Shown in pieces: positions 9,934-20,208 of a DNA stretch of 64,000 nt; position 1 is the stretch's first letter; every line of letters begins with the position of its first letter. The notes under the pieces are model-generated. The model was not told the DNA's origin, searched no databases, and was given only the letters and a program-made list of their open reading frames with translations. The DNA lies in the IMG/VR virus record IMGVR_UViG_2848005981_000005, positions 994 to 64,993 of that record; one strand, written 5' to 3'. Origin of the DNA: a virus (lineage: Duplodnaviria > Caudoviricetes). A program made the position numbers and the translations under genes.

Positions 9934-10333
9934 AGCAGTAGCATTTATAAAATCAAACGAATGGTTTAAGTCCACTATGGTAGAGCATGGAACGCATAAC
10001 GGATATGTGGCTGTTTCCTCTGCGAACAAATATCATGGAATGTCTTATTTTGATATTGATGATATAAGTGTACATGGAGGTATCACATTTTCAGAACCGG
10101 CAATAAGCGGTGAAGAATCTATCGGAAGCAAAAGGAAAATTAATTCCAAGTATGTCGGAAAAAGAAATCCCATATTGGATGATGTGGAATTCATTACCGA
10201 TAATACGGAAATAGGTGATGACTGGTGGATATTCGGGTTTGACACATTCCATTATGGAGACAATGAATATGACTGGGACAAACAAGCCGTCGTTCAAGAG
10301 ACAAGGTACTTGATGGAACAATTGGACAAATAG
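9923..10333 (+). CDS. Conserved phage hypothetical protein
   Basis: VHGGITF and WIFGFDTFH motifs. Confidence 0.75.
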   Translation: MENKAVAFIKSNEWFKSTMVEHGTHNGYVAVSSANKYHGMSYFDIDDISVHGGITFSEPAISGEESIGSKRKINSKYVGKRNPILDDVEFITDNTEIGDDWWIFGFDTFHYGDNEYDWDKQAVVQETRYLMEQLDK

Positions 10334-10336
10334 ACA

Positions 10337-10813
10337 ATGCCGTACTACATAAAACGAAAGGCTAAGAAGAAAGACAAGCCTTTACCTCTGTTTGATAAAG
10401 CAGGGATAACAGTAAAGAAGAAGCCGGATTTGAAAGCTAAGCTCGACAAGGAGTTTTCCCTTTTTATCCGGCTTCGTGATGCAATGCCGAACGGATATTT
10501 TAGATGTATCTCGTGCGGGCAGATAAAACCGTTTACACAAGCCGACTGCGGACACTATTTCAGTCGTACACATTTGGCAACACGGTTTGATGAGAATAAT
10601 TGCCATGCCGAATGCCGGCACTGCAACAGGTTCAAAGCCGACCATTTGGAAGACTATCGGGTGAATCTAATTGCTAAAATCGGTCAACAGAAGTTTGATT
10701 TGCTGAAAGTCAAAGTTGCCAGCACTTCCAAAATGACTGATTTTGAGTACGAACAGCTAATCAAGTATTACAAAGCACTTAATAAGAAGTTACGAAAGGA
10801 GAAAGGGCTATGA
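10337..10813 (+). CDS. NinG/Rap-like Holliday junction endonuclease
   Basis: FIRLRD, CISCG, DCGHY, TRFDENNCHAECRHCN. Confidence 0.88.
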   Translation: MPYYIKRKAKKKDKPLPLFDKAGITVKKKPDLKAKLDKEFSLFIRLRDAMPNGYFRCISCGQIKPFTQADCGHYFSRTHLATRFDENNCHAECRHCNRFKADHLEDYRVNLIAKIGQQKFDLLKVKVASTSKMTDFEYEQLIKYYKALNKKLRKEKGL

Positions 10814-11982
10814 GTTATGTATTACGAGATTACCAACAGAAAGCCTCTGATGCTGCCGTTTCTTTCTTCAATAACAAGGCGAAGAAAACAAATGCCATTA
10901 TGGTGTTACCTACGGGCAGCGGAAAGTCGCTTATCATAGCGGATATAGCCGCAAGGCTTGACGGTCATACCTTGGTGTTCCAGCCCTCGAAGGAAATACT
11001 CGAACAGAATTTCAAGAAACTCTGTTCATACGGTATTCTTGATTGCAGTATCTATTCAGCATCCTTTAACTCAAAGGAGATAAGCCGAATAACATTTGCC
11101 ACCATCGGCAGTGTGAAGAATCATCCCGAACTGTTTACCCACTTCAAGAACATCATTGTGGATGAATGTCATCTTGTAAACCCCAAAGAGGGAATGTACA
11201 AGGATTTTTTTGATGCAGTGAAGTGTAAGGTTCTTGGACTGACAGCAACGCCATACCGTTTAAGCTCCAGTCGTGATTTCGGCTCCATGCTGAAATTTAT
11301 CACTCGGACAAAACCTCATGTCTTTTCAGAGGTCATTTATCATGTACAGGTATCAACCTTATTAGACATGGGTTACTTGGCGAAGTTGAATTACTATCCA
11401 ATGAATCCTTCGGGATGGAACGAACTTAACTTGAAAGTAAATACTACTGGTGCCGACTATACGGATAGGTCAGTTCAAAGAGAATATGAACGGATAGACT
11501 TCTACGGTTATCTCGTTCATATCGTCCAAAGGCTGATGAATCCCAAAGCTGGAGGAAAACGGAAAGGTATTTTGGTATTTACCCGTTTTCTGAAAGAAGC
11601 GGAGCGGCTTACCTGGTCTATACCCGGAGCCGCAATCGTTTCGGGTGACACCCCAAAAGGTGAGCGCGAAAGGATACTTGAAGCGTTCAAGGCTGGTGAA
11701 ATTTCGGTAGTGGCGAATGTCGGGGTATTAACCACCGGCTTTGACTATCCGGAACTTGATACAGTCGTTATGGCACGTCCTACAATGTCACTTGCTATGT
11801 GGTATCAGATAGTCGGTCGTGCCATCCGTCCGCATCCTTCCAAAGAATGTGGCTGGATTGTGGATTTATGCGGTAATATCAAACGTTTCGGAGAGGTGTC
11901 GGACTTACGGTTGTTTGATAGCGGAAATGGTAAGTGGGCTGTATTTTCTAACGGAAGGCAATTAACTAACGTGAGATTCTAA
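10810..11982 (+). CDS. SF2 DEAD/DEAH-box helicase
   Basis: LRDYQ, PTGSGKS, DECH, TATP, LTTGFD, QIVGR. Confidence 0.93.
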   Translation: MSYVLRDYQQKASDAAVSFFNNKAKKTNAIMVLPTGSGKSLIIADIAARLDGHTLVFQPSKEILEQNFKKLCSYGILDCSIYSASFNSKEISRITFATIGSVKNHPELFTHFKNIIVDECHLVNPKEGMYKDFFDAVKCKVLGLTATPYRLSSSRDFGSMLKFITRTKPHVFSEVIYHVQVSTLLDMGYLAKLNYYPMNPSGWNELNLKVNTTGADYTDRSVQREYERIDFYGYLVHIVQRLMNPKAGGKRKGILVFTRFLKEAERLTWSIPGAAIVSGDTPKGERERILEAFKAGEISVVANVGVLTTGFDYPELDTVVMARPTMSLAMWYQIVGRAIRPHPSKECGWIVDLCGNIKRFGEVSDLRLFDSGNGKWAVFSNGRQLTNVRF

Positions 11983-11986
11983 GACT

Positions 11987-12967
11987 ATGGACGAAGGATT
12001 TTTGAGGCTAAGCCGCAGGTTTTTCTCGAATGAAATGTGGAATGAAGCCCGTACTTTTAGCAGTTGCGAAGCGTGGTTAGACTTAATTCAGTCTGCACGA
12101 TTTGAGGCAACGCCCCGAAAGGAGAGTATCGGAGGTCGAGAAATCTCTTATTCAAGAGGTCAATATCCTGCATCCATAAGATTTCTGTCACAGCGTTGGA
12201 AATGGTCTGAAAAGAAGGTGCGTTCCTTTCTTGTGCATCTTAGAAAGAAAGGTATGATAACTGTTGAGTGCAATCAAGGAATGAACCTTATAACCTTATG
12301 TAAATATGAAGAATATAATCCAATGGGCACAACCAAGGGCACAAGTAAGGGCACGGGTATTGAAAAGGAAATCAATGAATTAAGACACGAATGGGCACAA
12401 CTAAGGGCACAACTTGGGGCACAGTCCATGAACAACAATCTACCGCAATCCGAACTTTTACAAAAATCAGGGCACACAGAGGGCACAAATACAAAGAAAG
12501 AAGAAAGAGAGTATATAGATATATCTCTACATCAAAAGAAAGAAAATACTCCTGACGGAGTACCAAAGAAAGACAAGCTTTCTTCGCCCTCTCTTTCTGA
12601 AAAGATTGATTACAGCGGATTGATGGAATACTATAATTCCACATTCAAAGATAGACTCCAGCAGATAAAATCAATGACCGATGTGAGAAAAAAGGCTGTA
12701 AAAGCCCGGATAGCCCAATATGGAAAAGAGTCAGTGAGGACTGTTTTCAATCTCATTCTTCAATCCCCGTTCCTGCTGGGAGCTAATGACCGCAATTGGA
12801 AATGTGACTTTGATTGGATTTTCAAACAAGCAAACTTTACTAAAATATTGGAAGGAAATTATAATGGGAAACGAACTGATACTGTCACCACAAGAAGAGA
12901 ATCGGTTAGTCGTCTTAAAGACCTCGCCGGAGAAATATTGCGAAACTCTGCGCCCGAAAAAAGTTGA
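11987..12967 (+). CDS. Phage replication initiator protein
   Basis: N-terminal wHTH, internal iterons and C-terminal FDWIF...KILEGNY. Confidence 0.85.
   Translation: MDEGFLRLSRRFFSNEMWNEARTFSSCEAWLDLIQSARFEATPRKESIGGREISYSRGQYPASIRFLSQRWKWSEKKVRSFLVHLRKKGMITVECNQGMNLITLCKYEEYNPMGTTKGTSKGTGIEKEINELRHEWAQLRAQLGAQSMNNNLPQSELLQKSGHTEGTNTKKEEREYIDISLHQKKENTPDGVPKKDKLSSPSLSEKIDYSGLMEYYNSTFKDRLQQIKSMTDVRKKAVKARIAQYGKESVRTVFNLILQSPFLLGANDRNWKCDFDWIFKQANFTKILEGNYNGKRTDTVTTRRESVSRLKDLAGEILRNSAPEKS
12325..12486 (+). repeat. Replication-origin iterons (8 x GGGCAC, mostly 12-bp period)
   Basis: Copies at 12325, 12337, 12349, 12393, 12405, 12417, 12470 and 12481 inside the initiator gene, followed by an A-rich stretch. 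Confidence 0.8.
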
Positions 12968-13502
12968 GGATGTATTTCTAAGCAATGAGCCGGCCATAGG
13001 GACTATAATCAGAAAACTCGGAGAGCCGCAGGCGAGAGCCATATTGGTAATTTTAATTGCTGACGCTTTGGCGTTCTTCAATGTGGTTAATACCATGTCT
13101 GACACACAGGTTGCAATGACCGTAGACTTAATCATTGAGGAATACCCTTACATGAAAACTGACGATTTCAAATTGTGTTTCAAAAATGCAATGAAAATGA
13201 AATATGGAGAAAGTTACAACCGCATAGACGGGCAAGTTATTATGGGCTGGTTACGTGAATACAACAAAGAACGTTGTGCTATTGCTGATAGCCAGTCATG
13301 GAATGAGCATAAATCACACATGGCTGATGAGCAAAGAACAACCAATGGGATGTTCTACGAAGAATATCGGGAGGAACTTAAAAAACGTGCACTGTCCGGT
13401 GACAAATCTGCCATCAACGCCTTGAGGATGTCGGATGAATTGATTGCTGAATTGAATAGAAAAAGATACGAGGGGCTGGAAAAGAAGCCAAGCGAGTTTT
13501 AA
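12864..13502 (+). CDS. Putative helicase loader / replication accessory protein
   Basis: Overlaps the initiator 3' end, as lambda P follows O. Confidence 0.6.
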   Translation: MGNELILSPQEENRLVVLKTSPEKYCETLRPKKVEDVFLSNEPAIGTIIRKLGEPQARAILVILIADALAFFNVVNTMSDTQVAMTVDLIIEEYPYMKTDDFKLCFKNAMKMKYGESYNRIDGQVIMGWLREYNKERCAIADSQSWNEHKSHMADEQRTTNGMFYEEYREELKKRALSGDKSAINALRMSDELIAELNRKRYEGLEKKPSEF

Positions 13503-13516
13503 TAGGGGTAAAACGT

Positions 13517-13705
13517 ATGAAACTAACAATCTGTTGGATGGCAAAAGGTTGACAAAAGCGTTTCTATAACGATATATGCAGGAAATTCGGAATTTCACGG
13601 TATATGAGCATCAACCACGAAACGCCATGCGAAATTAAAGAAGAAGATTTGTTGCTTCTTCGTGAATGCGAAAAACGAGGGTTTATCCAAATAAGAAATA
13701 AATAA
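13517..13705 (+). pseudogene. Small gene with in-frame TGA at codon 12
   Basis: MKLTICWMAKG*QKRFYNDICRKFGISRYMSINHETP...RGFIQIRNK. The frame fills the intergenic gap. Confidence 0.5.
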
Positions 13706-13718
13706 TTTATACACGATT

Positions 13719-14060
13719 ATGAAACCAAGAAAACAATTAATTGACGCCGCCACAGCCGATGGTAGCATTGACAGATTGACCAGCCTTCTTTCAGCCGCAC
13801 ACATACTTAACTGCGAAGCCAACATGCTGGTGGAGGAAGCGGCAGACCTGATGAACGCCAAAGGGTTACTACTCGGAAATTTGAAAAGGATTCATAACAG
13901 CTTTGTCAAGAGCGCCGACATGTACTTCCTGGAATTCTCCTCACTCGTAGAGACAGAGAACTCGAAGATGGATATGTTCAGGGACATGGACGACTTCGAC
14001 GCCAAGTTCCGCGAGTGGGCAAAATTACCGTCTGATTGGAAACCGAAGGAGATTGATTGA
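13719..14060 (+). CDS. Hypothetical protein
   Basis: ACACGATT-ATG start context; coupled to the MTase gene. Confidence 0.75.
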   Translation: MKPRKQLIDAATADGSIDRLTSLLSAAHILNCEANMLVEEAADLMNAKGLLLGNLKRIHNSFVKSADMYFLEFSSLVETENSKMDMFRDMDDFDAKFREWAKLPSDWKPKEID

Positions 14061-14063
14061 GTT

Positions 14064-15803
14064 ATGAAATCATTGAAAGAGATATTATGCAGCTTAGAAG
14101 GGTTGTCCGACATTGAATTATTTGTCATAGACCTATTCTGTGGGGCCGGTGGTTTGTCGGAAGGCGTGGAAGAAGCCCGTTTAAATGGCAATAGATGTGC
14201 AAAAGTCGTTTGCTGTGTGAATCACGATAAGAATGCTATCCTTTCACATGATGCCAACATTCCTGATGCACTTCATTTCATTGAGGATATTCGTACACTG
14301 GAACTTTCACCGATAAATACTATTGTTGAACGTATCCGTGAATTATATCCTGATTCGATGATAATGCTTCATGCTTCTTTGGAATGTACCAACTTCTCGA
14401 AAGCTAAAGGCGGTCAACCGAGAGATGCTGATAGCCGGACGCTGGCAGAACATCTCTTCCGTTATATTGATGTTATAGACCCTGACTACATTCAGATTGA
14501 AAATGTAGAAGAGTTTATGTCATGGGGAGATATGGATGAGAATGGGAAACCTATCAGCATGGATAAAGGAAGACTTTATCAGAAGTGGGTACGCAACGTG
14601 AAAAAATATGGTTACAACTTTGAACACCGTATCCTGAATGCTGCCGACTTCGGCGCCTATACCACAAGAAAACGCTTCTTCGGCATCTTTGCTAAAAAGA
14701 GTTTGCCGATAGTATTCCCTGAACCGACCCACTGTAAGGGTGGTAGGCAAGATATGTTTTCGCGGCTGGAGAAGTGGAAGCCGGTAAAGGATGTACTTGA
14801 TTTCTCTGATGAAGGAACTACCATCTTCAGGGAAAAGCCTCTTGCAGAGAAAACGCTTGAGCGTATCTATAACGGACTTATCAAGTTTGTAGCCGGAGGA
14901 AAGGATGCCTTCCTCGTGAAGTATAATTCTATGAACCGTACGGGGAAATATAACGCTCCTGGGATTGACGAACCATGTCCGGTGGTAACAACACAAAACA
15001 GACTTGGAGTAGCGCAAGTTTGCTTTCTTTCCAAACAATTCAGCGGACATCCCGAAAGCAAGAATGTATCAGTGGAAGAGCCTGCCGGAACAATCACATG
15101 CAGGGACCATCATGCCTTCGTATCAGCGCACTATGGGAACGGCTTTAATCGTTCGGTAAACGATCCGTCTGCGACAGTTACAACAAAAGACAGATTATCA
15201 TTAGTAACTCCAAGGTTTATCGCCAATGAGTATTCCGGTGGAGGACAACATACAAGTATTGACAATATTTGTCCGGCAATTTTAACCAATCCCAAGCAAA
15301 AACTTATAACATGCAAGCCTTGGATTATGAATACTTCTTTCTCAAATATTGGTAGCAACATAGAGGAACCGGCACAGACAATAACCGCAAACCGGAAATG
15401 GCATTATCTGATGAATCCACAGTTCAACAGCGCTGGCAGCTCCGTTGATAACCCCAGCTTCACCCTGATGGCACGAATGGATAAGATGCCGCCCTATCTG
15501 GTAGCAACAGAAAGCGGTCAGATAGCGATTGAAATCTACGACAATGATAGTCCTATGACCGTGAAGATAAAGGAGTTCATGGCACTGTATGGCATAGTGG
15601 ATATTAAAATGCGGATGCTTCGCATTCCTGAACTAAAACGTATCATGGGCTTTCCGGAAGATTATGTGTTAGTTGGTACACAAGCTGACCAGAAGAAGTT
15701 TATCGGAAATGCGGTAGAGGTTACGCAGGCAAAGAAGAATGCCGAAGCACTTTGTGCAAAACTTAGAGATTTAAGATTGAAGAAATTAAAAGAAGTAGCT
15801 TAA
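14064..15803 (+). CDS. C5-cytosine DNA methyltransferase
   Basis: DLFCGAGG, variant catalytic SLECTNFS, IENV, RKRFF, MGFP, GNAV. Repeated TRD-like units. Confidence 0.93.
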   Translation: MKSLKEILCSLEGLSDIELFVIDLFCGAGGLSEGVEEARLNGNRCAKVVCCVNHDKNAILSHDANIPDALHFIEDIRTLELSPINTIVERIRELYPDSMIMLHASLECTNFSKAKGGQPRDADSRTLAEHLFRYIDVIDPDYIQIENVEEFMSWGDMDENGKPISMDKGRLYQKWVRNVKKYGYNFEHRILNAADFGAYTTRKRFFGIFAKKSLPIVFPEPTHCKGGRQDMFSRLEKWKPVKDVLDFSDEGTTIFREKPLAEKTLERIYNGLIKFVAGGKDAFLVKYNSMNRTGKYNAPGIDEPCPVVTTQNRLGVAQVCFLSKQFSGHPESKNVSVEEPAGTITCRDHHAFVSAHYGNGFNRSVNDPSATVTTKDRLSLVTPRFIANEYSGGGQHTSIDNICPAILTNPKQKLITCKPWIMNTSFSNIGSNIEEPAQTITANRKWHYLMNPQFNSAGSSVDNPSFTLMARMDKMPPYLVATESGQIAIEIYDNDSPMTVKIKEFMALYGIVDIKMRMLRIPELKRIMGFPEDYVLVGTQADQKKFIGNAVEVTQAKKNAEALCAKLRDLRLKKLKEVA

Positions 15804-18316
15804 TGAAAGAATATATAGAATTTTTAAAAGACAAGATGGCCATCAGCCGTCAGACCGGGTTCGAGGTCAATCCGGATGAACTGACACCGTCGTTATATCC
15901 CCATGTGAAAGATACTGTTCGCTGGGCGGTGTCCGGTGGTTGCCGTGCCATATTCTCCAGTTTCGGTATGCAGAAAACCGTAACCCAGTTGGAGATACTT
16001 CGGGTAGTCTTGAAACACAAAGGCGGCAAAGGGCTGATAGTTTGTCCCAAACGTGTAGTGGTTGAGTTCCTTACACAAGCGGAACAACATCTGCACATGA
16101 AAGTGACCTATGTACGAACTATGGCTGATGTGATGATATGCCCGACTGACATCATGGTTACGAACTACGAGCGTGTGCGCGACGGTGAAGATGGTGTAAG
16201 AATAGAACCTTCCTACTTCACCGCAACATCATTGGATGAAGCGAGCGTATTACGTGGTTTCGGTACCAAGACCTATCAGGAGTTCCTTCCCTTGTTTGCG
16301 GATGTTCCCTACCGCTTTGTAGCCACCGCCACGCCATCGCCCAACAGATACAAGGAGCTGATACATTATGCCGGTTATCTCGGTGTGATGGATACCGGGC
16401 AGGCACTTACCCGTTTCTTTCAGCGTGACAGCACGAAGGCGAATAACCTTACCCTTTATCCGCACAAGGAGAAGGAGTTCTGGTTGTGGGTAAGTACATG
16501 GGCGTTGTTCCTCACCAAACCGTCCGACCTTGGTTACCCCGATACCGGATATGAATTGCCGGAACTGCGTGTACATGAAGAAGTGGTTAGTGTTGATAAC
16601 TCCACAGCCGGAACTGACCGTGACGGACAAGTGAAGATGTTCCGTGAGGCTGCTCTCGGACTTGCCGACGCAGCGAAAGAACGTCGGGACAACATGCAGG
16701 AAAAGATTGCCCGTGTGATGGAAATCATTAACCGTCCTGAAAACAAAGACGACCATTTCCTTTTATGGCATGACCTGGAGAATGAACGGAAGGCTTTGTG
16801 TGATGCCATACCCGGATGTAAGGCTGTGTACGGCTCGCAGGATGATGAGGAAGCCGACAGAGTAATAGCGGACTTTAAGGACGGCCGTCTGAAATATTTG
16901 GCCGCCAAACCGGAGATGCTCGGTGAGGGTTTGAACTTCCAGTACCACTGCCATAAGGCAATCATGTTCATCGACTACCGTTTTAACGACAAGTTCCAGG
17001 CGATAGCCCGTATCTACCGGTTCATGCAGCAGCATCCGGTTGACCTCTATCTGGTCTATGCGGAAAGTGAGGGCGAGATATACAAGAGCTTCATGCAGAA
17101 GTGGGCGCAACACCGCGAGATGGTAGCCAAGATGACCGATATAGTCCGCGAGAACGGTTTGTTCGGCTTGCAGGCAGAGGAAAAGATGATGCGGTGGATG
17201 TTTGCCAGCAGGGAAGAAAAGTCCGGTAAACTGTGGAGGGCAATCAATAATGACAATGTTCTTGAATGCCAGACTATGGAAAGTAATTCGGTGGACTTGA
17301 TTGTAACCAGCATCCCGTTCTCCAACCACTATGAGTACACTCCGACCTATAACGACTTCGGGCATAATGAGGACAACGGCAAGTTCTTCGAGCAGATGGA
17401 TTATCTTACACCGGAGCTTATGCGTATTCTTAAACCCGGTAGGTTAGCTTGCATCCATGTGAAAGACCGTGTTTTGTTCGGCAACGCTACTGGTGACGGT
17501 ATGCCCACCATCGACCCGTTCAGTGAAATGACTGTATTCCACTACATAAAACACGGTTTCCGCTACATGGGGCGCATCACTGTGGATACGGATGTGGTAA
17601 GGGAGAACAACCAGACTTATCGGCTTGGATATACGGAGATGTGCAAGGACGGTTCAAAGATGGGTATCGGTTGTCCTGAATATGTCCTTCTTTTCCGCAA
17701 GCTTCCTTCTGACACCTCACGGGCCTATGCTGATTTGCCGGTGACCAAGAACAAAAGCGAATATTCGTTAGCCCGTTGGCAGATAGACGCTCATGCAAGT
17801 TGGAAATCTTCGGGTAACTCTCTATTGAGTTACGAGGACATGAAAGGGGCCGGCATTGACAAGATACGCCACCTATTCAGGAACTACGAGCGTGGGCACG
17901 TTTATGATTATGAGGAACACGTGTCATTCGCCGAAGAGTTGGAGGCATACGGAAAACTGCCAAAGACATTCATGGCCGTTGACCCGGTAAGCAAGAAGCC
18001 CTGGATATGGGATGATGTCACCCGGATGCGCACGCTCAATACTAAGCAGTCGCAGAAGAAACGGCAGAACCACATCTGCCCTTTACAACTCGATATTGTT
18101 GAAAGACTGATTGAACGGTACTCAAACAAGGGTGAGTTGGTGTTTGACCCCTTCGGAGGTATCGGCACTGTTCCATATTGCGCTATCAATCTGGGGAGGA
18201 AAGGTCTGTCTACAGAACTGAATTATGACTATTGGAAAGACAGTCTTTCATATCTGTATGAGGCGGAGATGGAGGTCAGCGCACCCACATTGTTTGACTT
18301 GATAAATGTAGGATAA
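15803..18316 (+). CDS. SNF2-like helicase fused to N4/N6 DNA methyltransferase
   Basis: N-half FGMQKT, LDEAS, TATPSPN, GLNFQ. C-half VTSIPF, HICP, DPFGGIGT. Confidence 0.88.
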   Translation: MKEYIEFLKDKMAISRQTGFEVNPDELTPSLYPHVKDTVRWAVSGGCRAIFSSFGMQKTVTQLEILRVVLKHKGGKGLIVCPKRVVVEFLTQAEQHLHMKVTYVRTMADVMICPTDIMVTNYERVRDGEDGVRIEPSYFTATSLDEASVLRGFGTKTYQEFLPLFADVPYRFVATATPSPNRYKELIHYAGYLGVMDTGQALTRFFQRDSTKANNLTLYPHKEKEFWLWVSTWALFLTKPSDLGYPDTGYELPELRVHEEVVSVDNSTAGTDRDGQVKMFREAALGLADAAKERRDNMQEKIARVMEIINRPENKDDHFLLWHDLENERKALCDAIPGCKAVYGSQDDEEADRVIADFKDGRLKYLAAKPEMLGEGLNFQYHCHKAIMFIDYRFNDKFQAIARIYRFMQQHPVDLYLVYAESEGEIYKSFMQKWAQHREMVAKMTDIVRENGLFGLQAEEKMMRWMFASREEKSGKLWRAINNDNVLECQTMESNSVDLIVTSIPFSNHYEYTPTYNDFGHNEDNGKFFEQMDYLTPELMRILKPGRLACIHVKDRVLFGNATGDGMPTIDPFSEMTVFHYIKHGFRYMGRITVDTDVVRENNQTYRLGYTEMCKDGSKMGIGCPEYVLLFRKLPSDTSRAYADLPVTKNKSEYSLARWQIDAHASWKSSGNSLLSYEDMKGAGIDKIRHLFRNYERGHVYDYEEHVSFAEELEAYGKLPKTFMAVDPVSKKPWIWDDVTRMRTLNTKQSQKKRQNHICPLQLDIVERLIERYSNKGELVFDPFGGIGTVPYCAINLGRKGLSTELNYDYWKDSLSYLYEAEMEVSAPTLFDLINVG

Positions 18317-18320
18317 AAAA

Positions 18321-18391
18321 GAATGGAGAGCAGGTGTCGAACCTGCGCCTCCACAATGAGTGGCATTCTTTCCACTTAAACTACTCCATTC
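18321..18391 (-). ncRNA. Degenerate tRNA-like RNA (CAT in a shortened anticodon arm)
   Basis: Acceptor GAATGGAG/CTCCATTC, T arm GCAGG-TTCGACA-CCTGC, anticodon arm CCAC-TCATT-GTGG. Followed by a T run. Confidence 0.55.
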
Positions 18392-18719
18392 TCTACTCCA
18401 CTCAAATTGAAAAATCCCCAAATTCAGTTGAGTTGAAAATTCAACAAGGCTTTCCTTTCGGCATAGCCTAAAGGAGATAATTCCTAAATTGAGTTTAAAG
18501 CCAAATTTGTTTTTAATTATTGTCGGCTTTTTATTCTGAGAATTTCTGAAAATTTCTGAGATACGTTCTGAAATGAGCCGACAAGTATTTGTCGGTATTA
18601 TTTTCATAAAAGTATTTATTAGAAATTAAACAATAATTAAAAAGCAACAAGGATTTGAACCTTAACGTCAATGCGTACCATTTAGTTACTTGGCACAAAT
18701 ATAAGTAAAAAATAATAAG

Positions 18720-19265
18720 ATGAAAGCAATAACCATAAAACAGCCGTGGGTCTCTTTGATAGTCCATGGTATTAAAGACATTGAGAACCGTACTTGGAGC
18801 TGCCCTAAGAAATACTTAGGGCAGAGGGTACTGATTCATTCAAGCGGTAAACCTTTGAATTATGATAATTTCTATGATTCAATACTTACCAATGAGCAGT
18901 TATTGGCATTACCGGAAAACAAAGAGTGGAAAGATTTTAGTTTTTGTACAGGCTCCATAATCGGAAGCGTCGAGATAATAGACTGTGTACAAAACCATCC
19001 TTCCATCTGGGCAGAGAAAGGAGTTTATAACTGGGTACTAGCTAACCCTATTCTCTACGAAAATCCAATTGAGGACGTGAAAGGCAAATTATCCTTTTGG
19101 GATTATCCCGGTATCAAAGAGGTAAAGATAGAATGTCCGGAATGTGGCAGTATAGAAATAGCTGTTGAGGACTATACAACGGCACCATTCCCAACTTATT
19201 TGCATAGGTGTAATAAGTGTGAACATATGATTATAGAAAGTGAGTGGAAGGAGGTAAAACTATGA
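18720..19265 (+). CDS. ASCH-domain protein with C-terminal Zn ribbon
   Basis: TIKQPW...GIKDIENRTW, GSIIGSV, CPECG...CNKC. Confidence 0.88.
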   Translation: MKAITIKQPWVSLIVHGIKDIENRTWSCPKKYLGQRVLIHSSGKPLNYDNFYDSILTNEQLLALPENKEWKDFSFCTGSIIGSVEIIDCVQNHPSIWAEKGVYNWVLANPILYENPIEDVKGKLSFWDYPGIKEVKIECPECGSIEIAVEDYTTAPFPTYLHRCNKCEHMIIESEWKEVKL

Positions 19266-19472
19266 GAGATTTTTATGAACTGATAAACCAATATCCATGG
19301 ACTACTATTTTTCTTGCTATTTTCATTTATGAAGTGATTAAATGTGTGATGTCTAATTTGAAAAAGAAATAGCCATGAGCAAACTATATAAAGTAACTAT
19401 TTTCGGGGAATCATTCCTAATCGGGTGGTTCCCTTTTTCTTCACGCTGGTATAACAAGCTAAAGATAATCAA

Positions 19473-19655
19473 ATGATAGTACGTCATTTTATAAGAGTTC
19501 CGGTTGGAAGTACTGTCTATTGCGACAATCAGCCGGTTAAAATACTAGAGAAAGGATATGCCCTTGCTCTATGTGATGTCAATGGGAAACGGGTATATAT
19601 CACCTGCTATGATTTGGAAAAGAAACCATTCGTCAGCACGAATGGGGAAAAATGA
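19473..19655 (+). CDS. Small hypothetical protein
   Basis: ORF in a run of short genes. Confidence 0.5.
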   Translation: MIVRHFIRVPVGSTVYCDNQPVKILEKGYALALCDVNGKRVYITCYDLEKKPFVSTNGEK

Positions 19656-19742
19656 AAAAGAGCCAACCCACGCACGACCATGAATCAGCTCCTCACACGA
19701 TTATGATGCAAATATACTATTTACTTTTAAAATAATCGTGTT

Positions 19743-20180
19743 ATGGAGTTGGATTTTAACAAAATAATTCGTCTTAAAAAGATTCGTATCGAAAAATCAG
19801 AACTTTCAGAGGAAGAAAATATCTTAACTTCCCCGGTTCTGAAAGATAAGAGCCTTATCCATGAAATCTATAAAATATTTGTTGAGTTGTTGAATAAGAG
19901 GGGATGTCCGCCGAATATTGACAGTGTAACCCAGCGGAAGAAGTTCATTTTCATTATCCTGTATCTGTTTTCTCCAAGCTCGCTTGCCGGTGGAAAAATG
20001 ACAGCAGGGTTACGACCTGAATTAGCAAGGGTTCTTGGTGTTCAATCAGAATGTACCATTTCCGACAACTGTGCGGATGTCGTGTTTTTGTATCAGAACT
20101 ATGGGGATTTCAGTGGGGATATAGAGTATCTTTACACCGAAATCGTAAATCGGTTAAGAATCAAAGGGCTAATCAATTAA
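19743..20180 (+). CDS. Putative transcriptional regulator (candidate late activator)
   Basis: Last gene of the early/middle operon before a terminator. HTH-like LRPELARVLGV...TISD. Confidence 0.5.
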   Translation: MELDFNKIIRLKKIRIEKSELSEEENILTSPVLKDKSLIHEIYKIFVELLNKRGCPPNIDSVTQRKKFIFIILYLFSPSSLAGGKMTAGLRPELARVLGVQSECTISDNCADVVFLYQNYGDFSGDIEYLYTEIVNRLRIKGLIN

Positions 20181-20182
20181 TG

Positions 20183-20208
20183 AGCCGGAGTTTAGTGCTC
20201 CGGCTTTT
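20183..20208. terminator. Intrinsic terminator
   Basis: AGCCGGAG/CTCCGGCT hairpin plus T run, where convergent genes meet. Confidence 0.7.

Noticed and set aside
12325-12486. GGGCAC repeats as a CRISPR array
   Set aside because: Too short, no spacers, and inside the initiator gene; they fit iterons. No CRISPR array was seen anywhere in the window.
14520-17365. Long minus-strand ORFs (e.g. 14520-15050, 16250-16756, 16763-17365) and similar ones opposite the structural genes
   Set aside because: They are antisense shadows of well-supported plus-strand genes and show no recognisable motifs.
18248-18607. 119-aa minus-strand ORF as a confident gene
   Set aside because: It runs through the tRNA-like structure and into the MTase 3' end, so it is left as uncertain.
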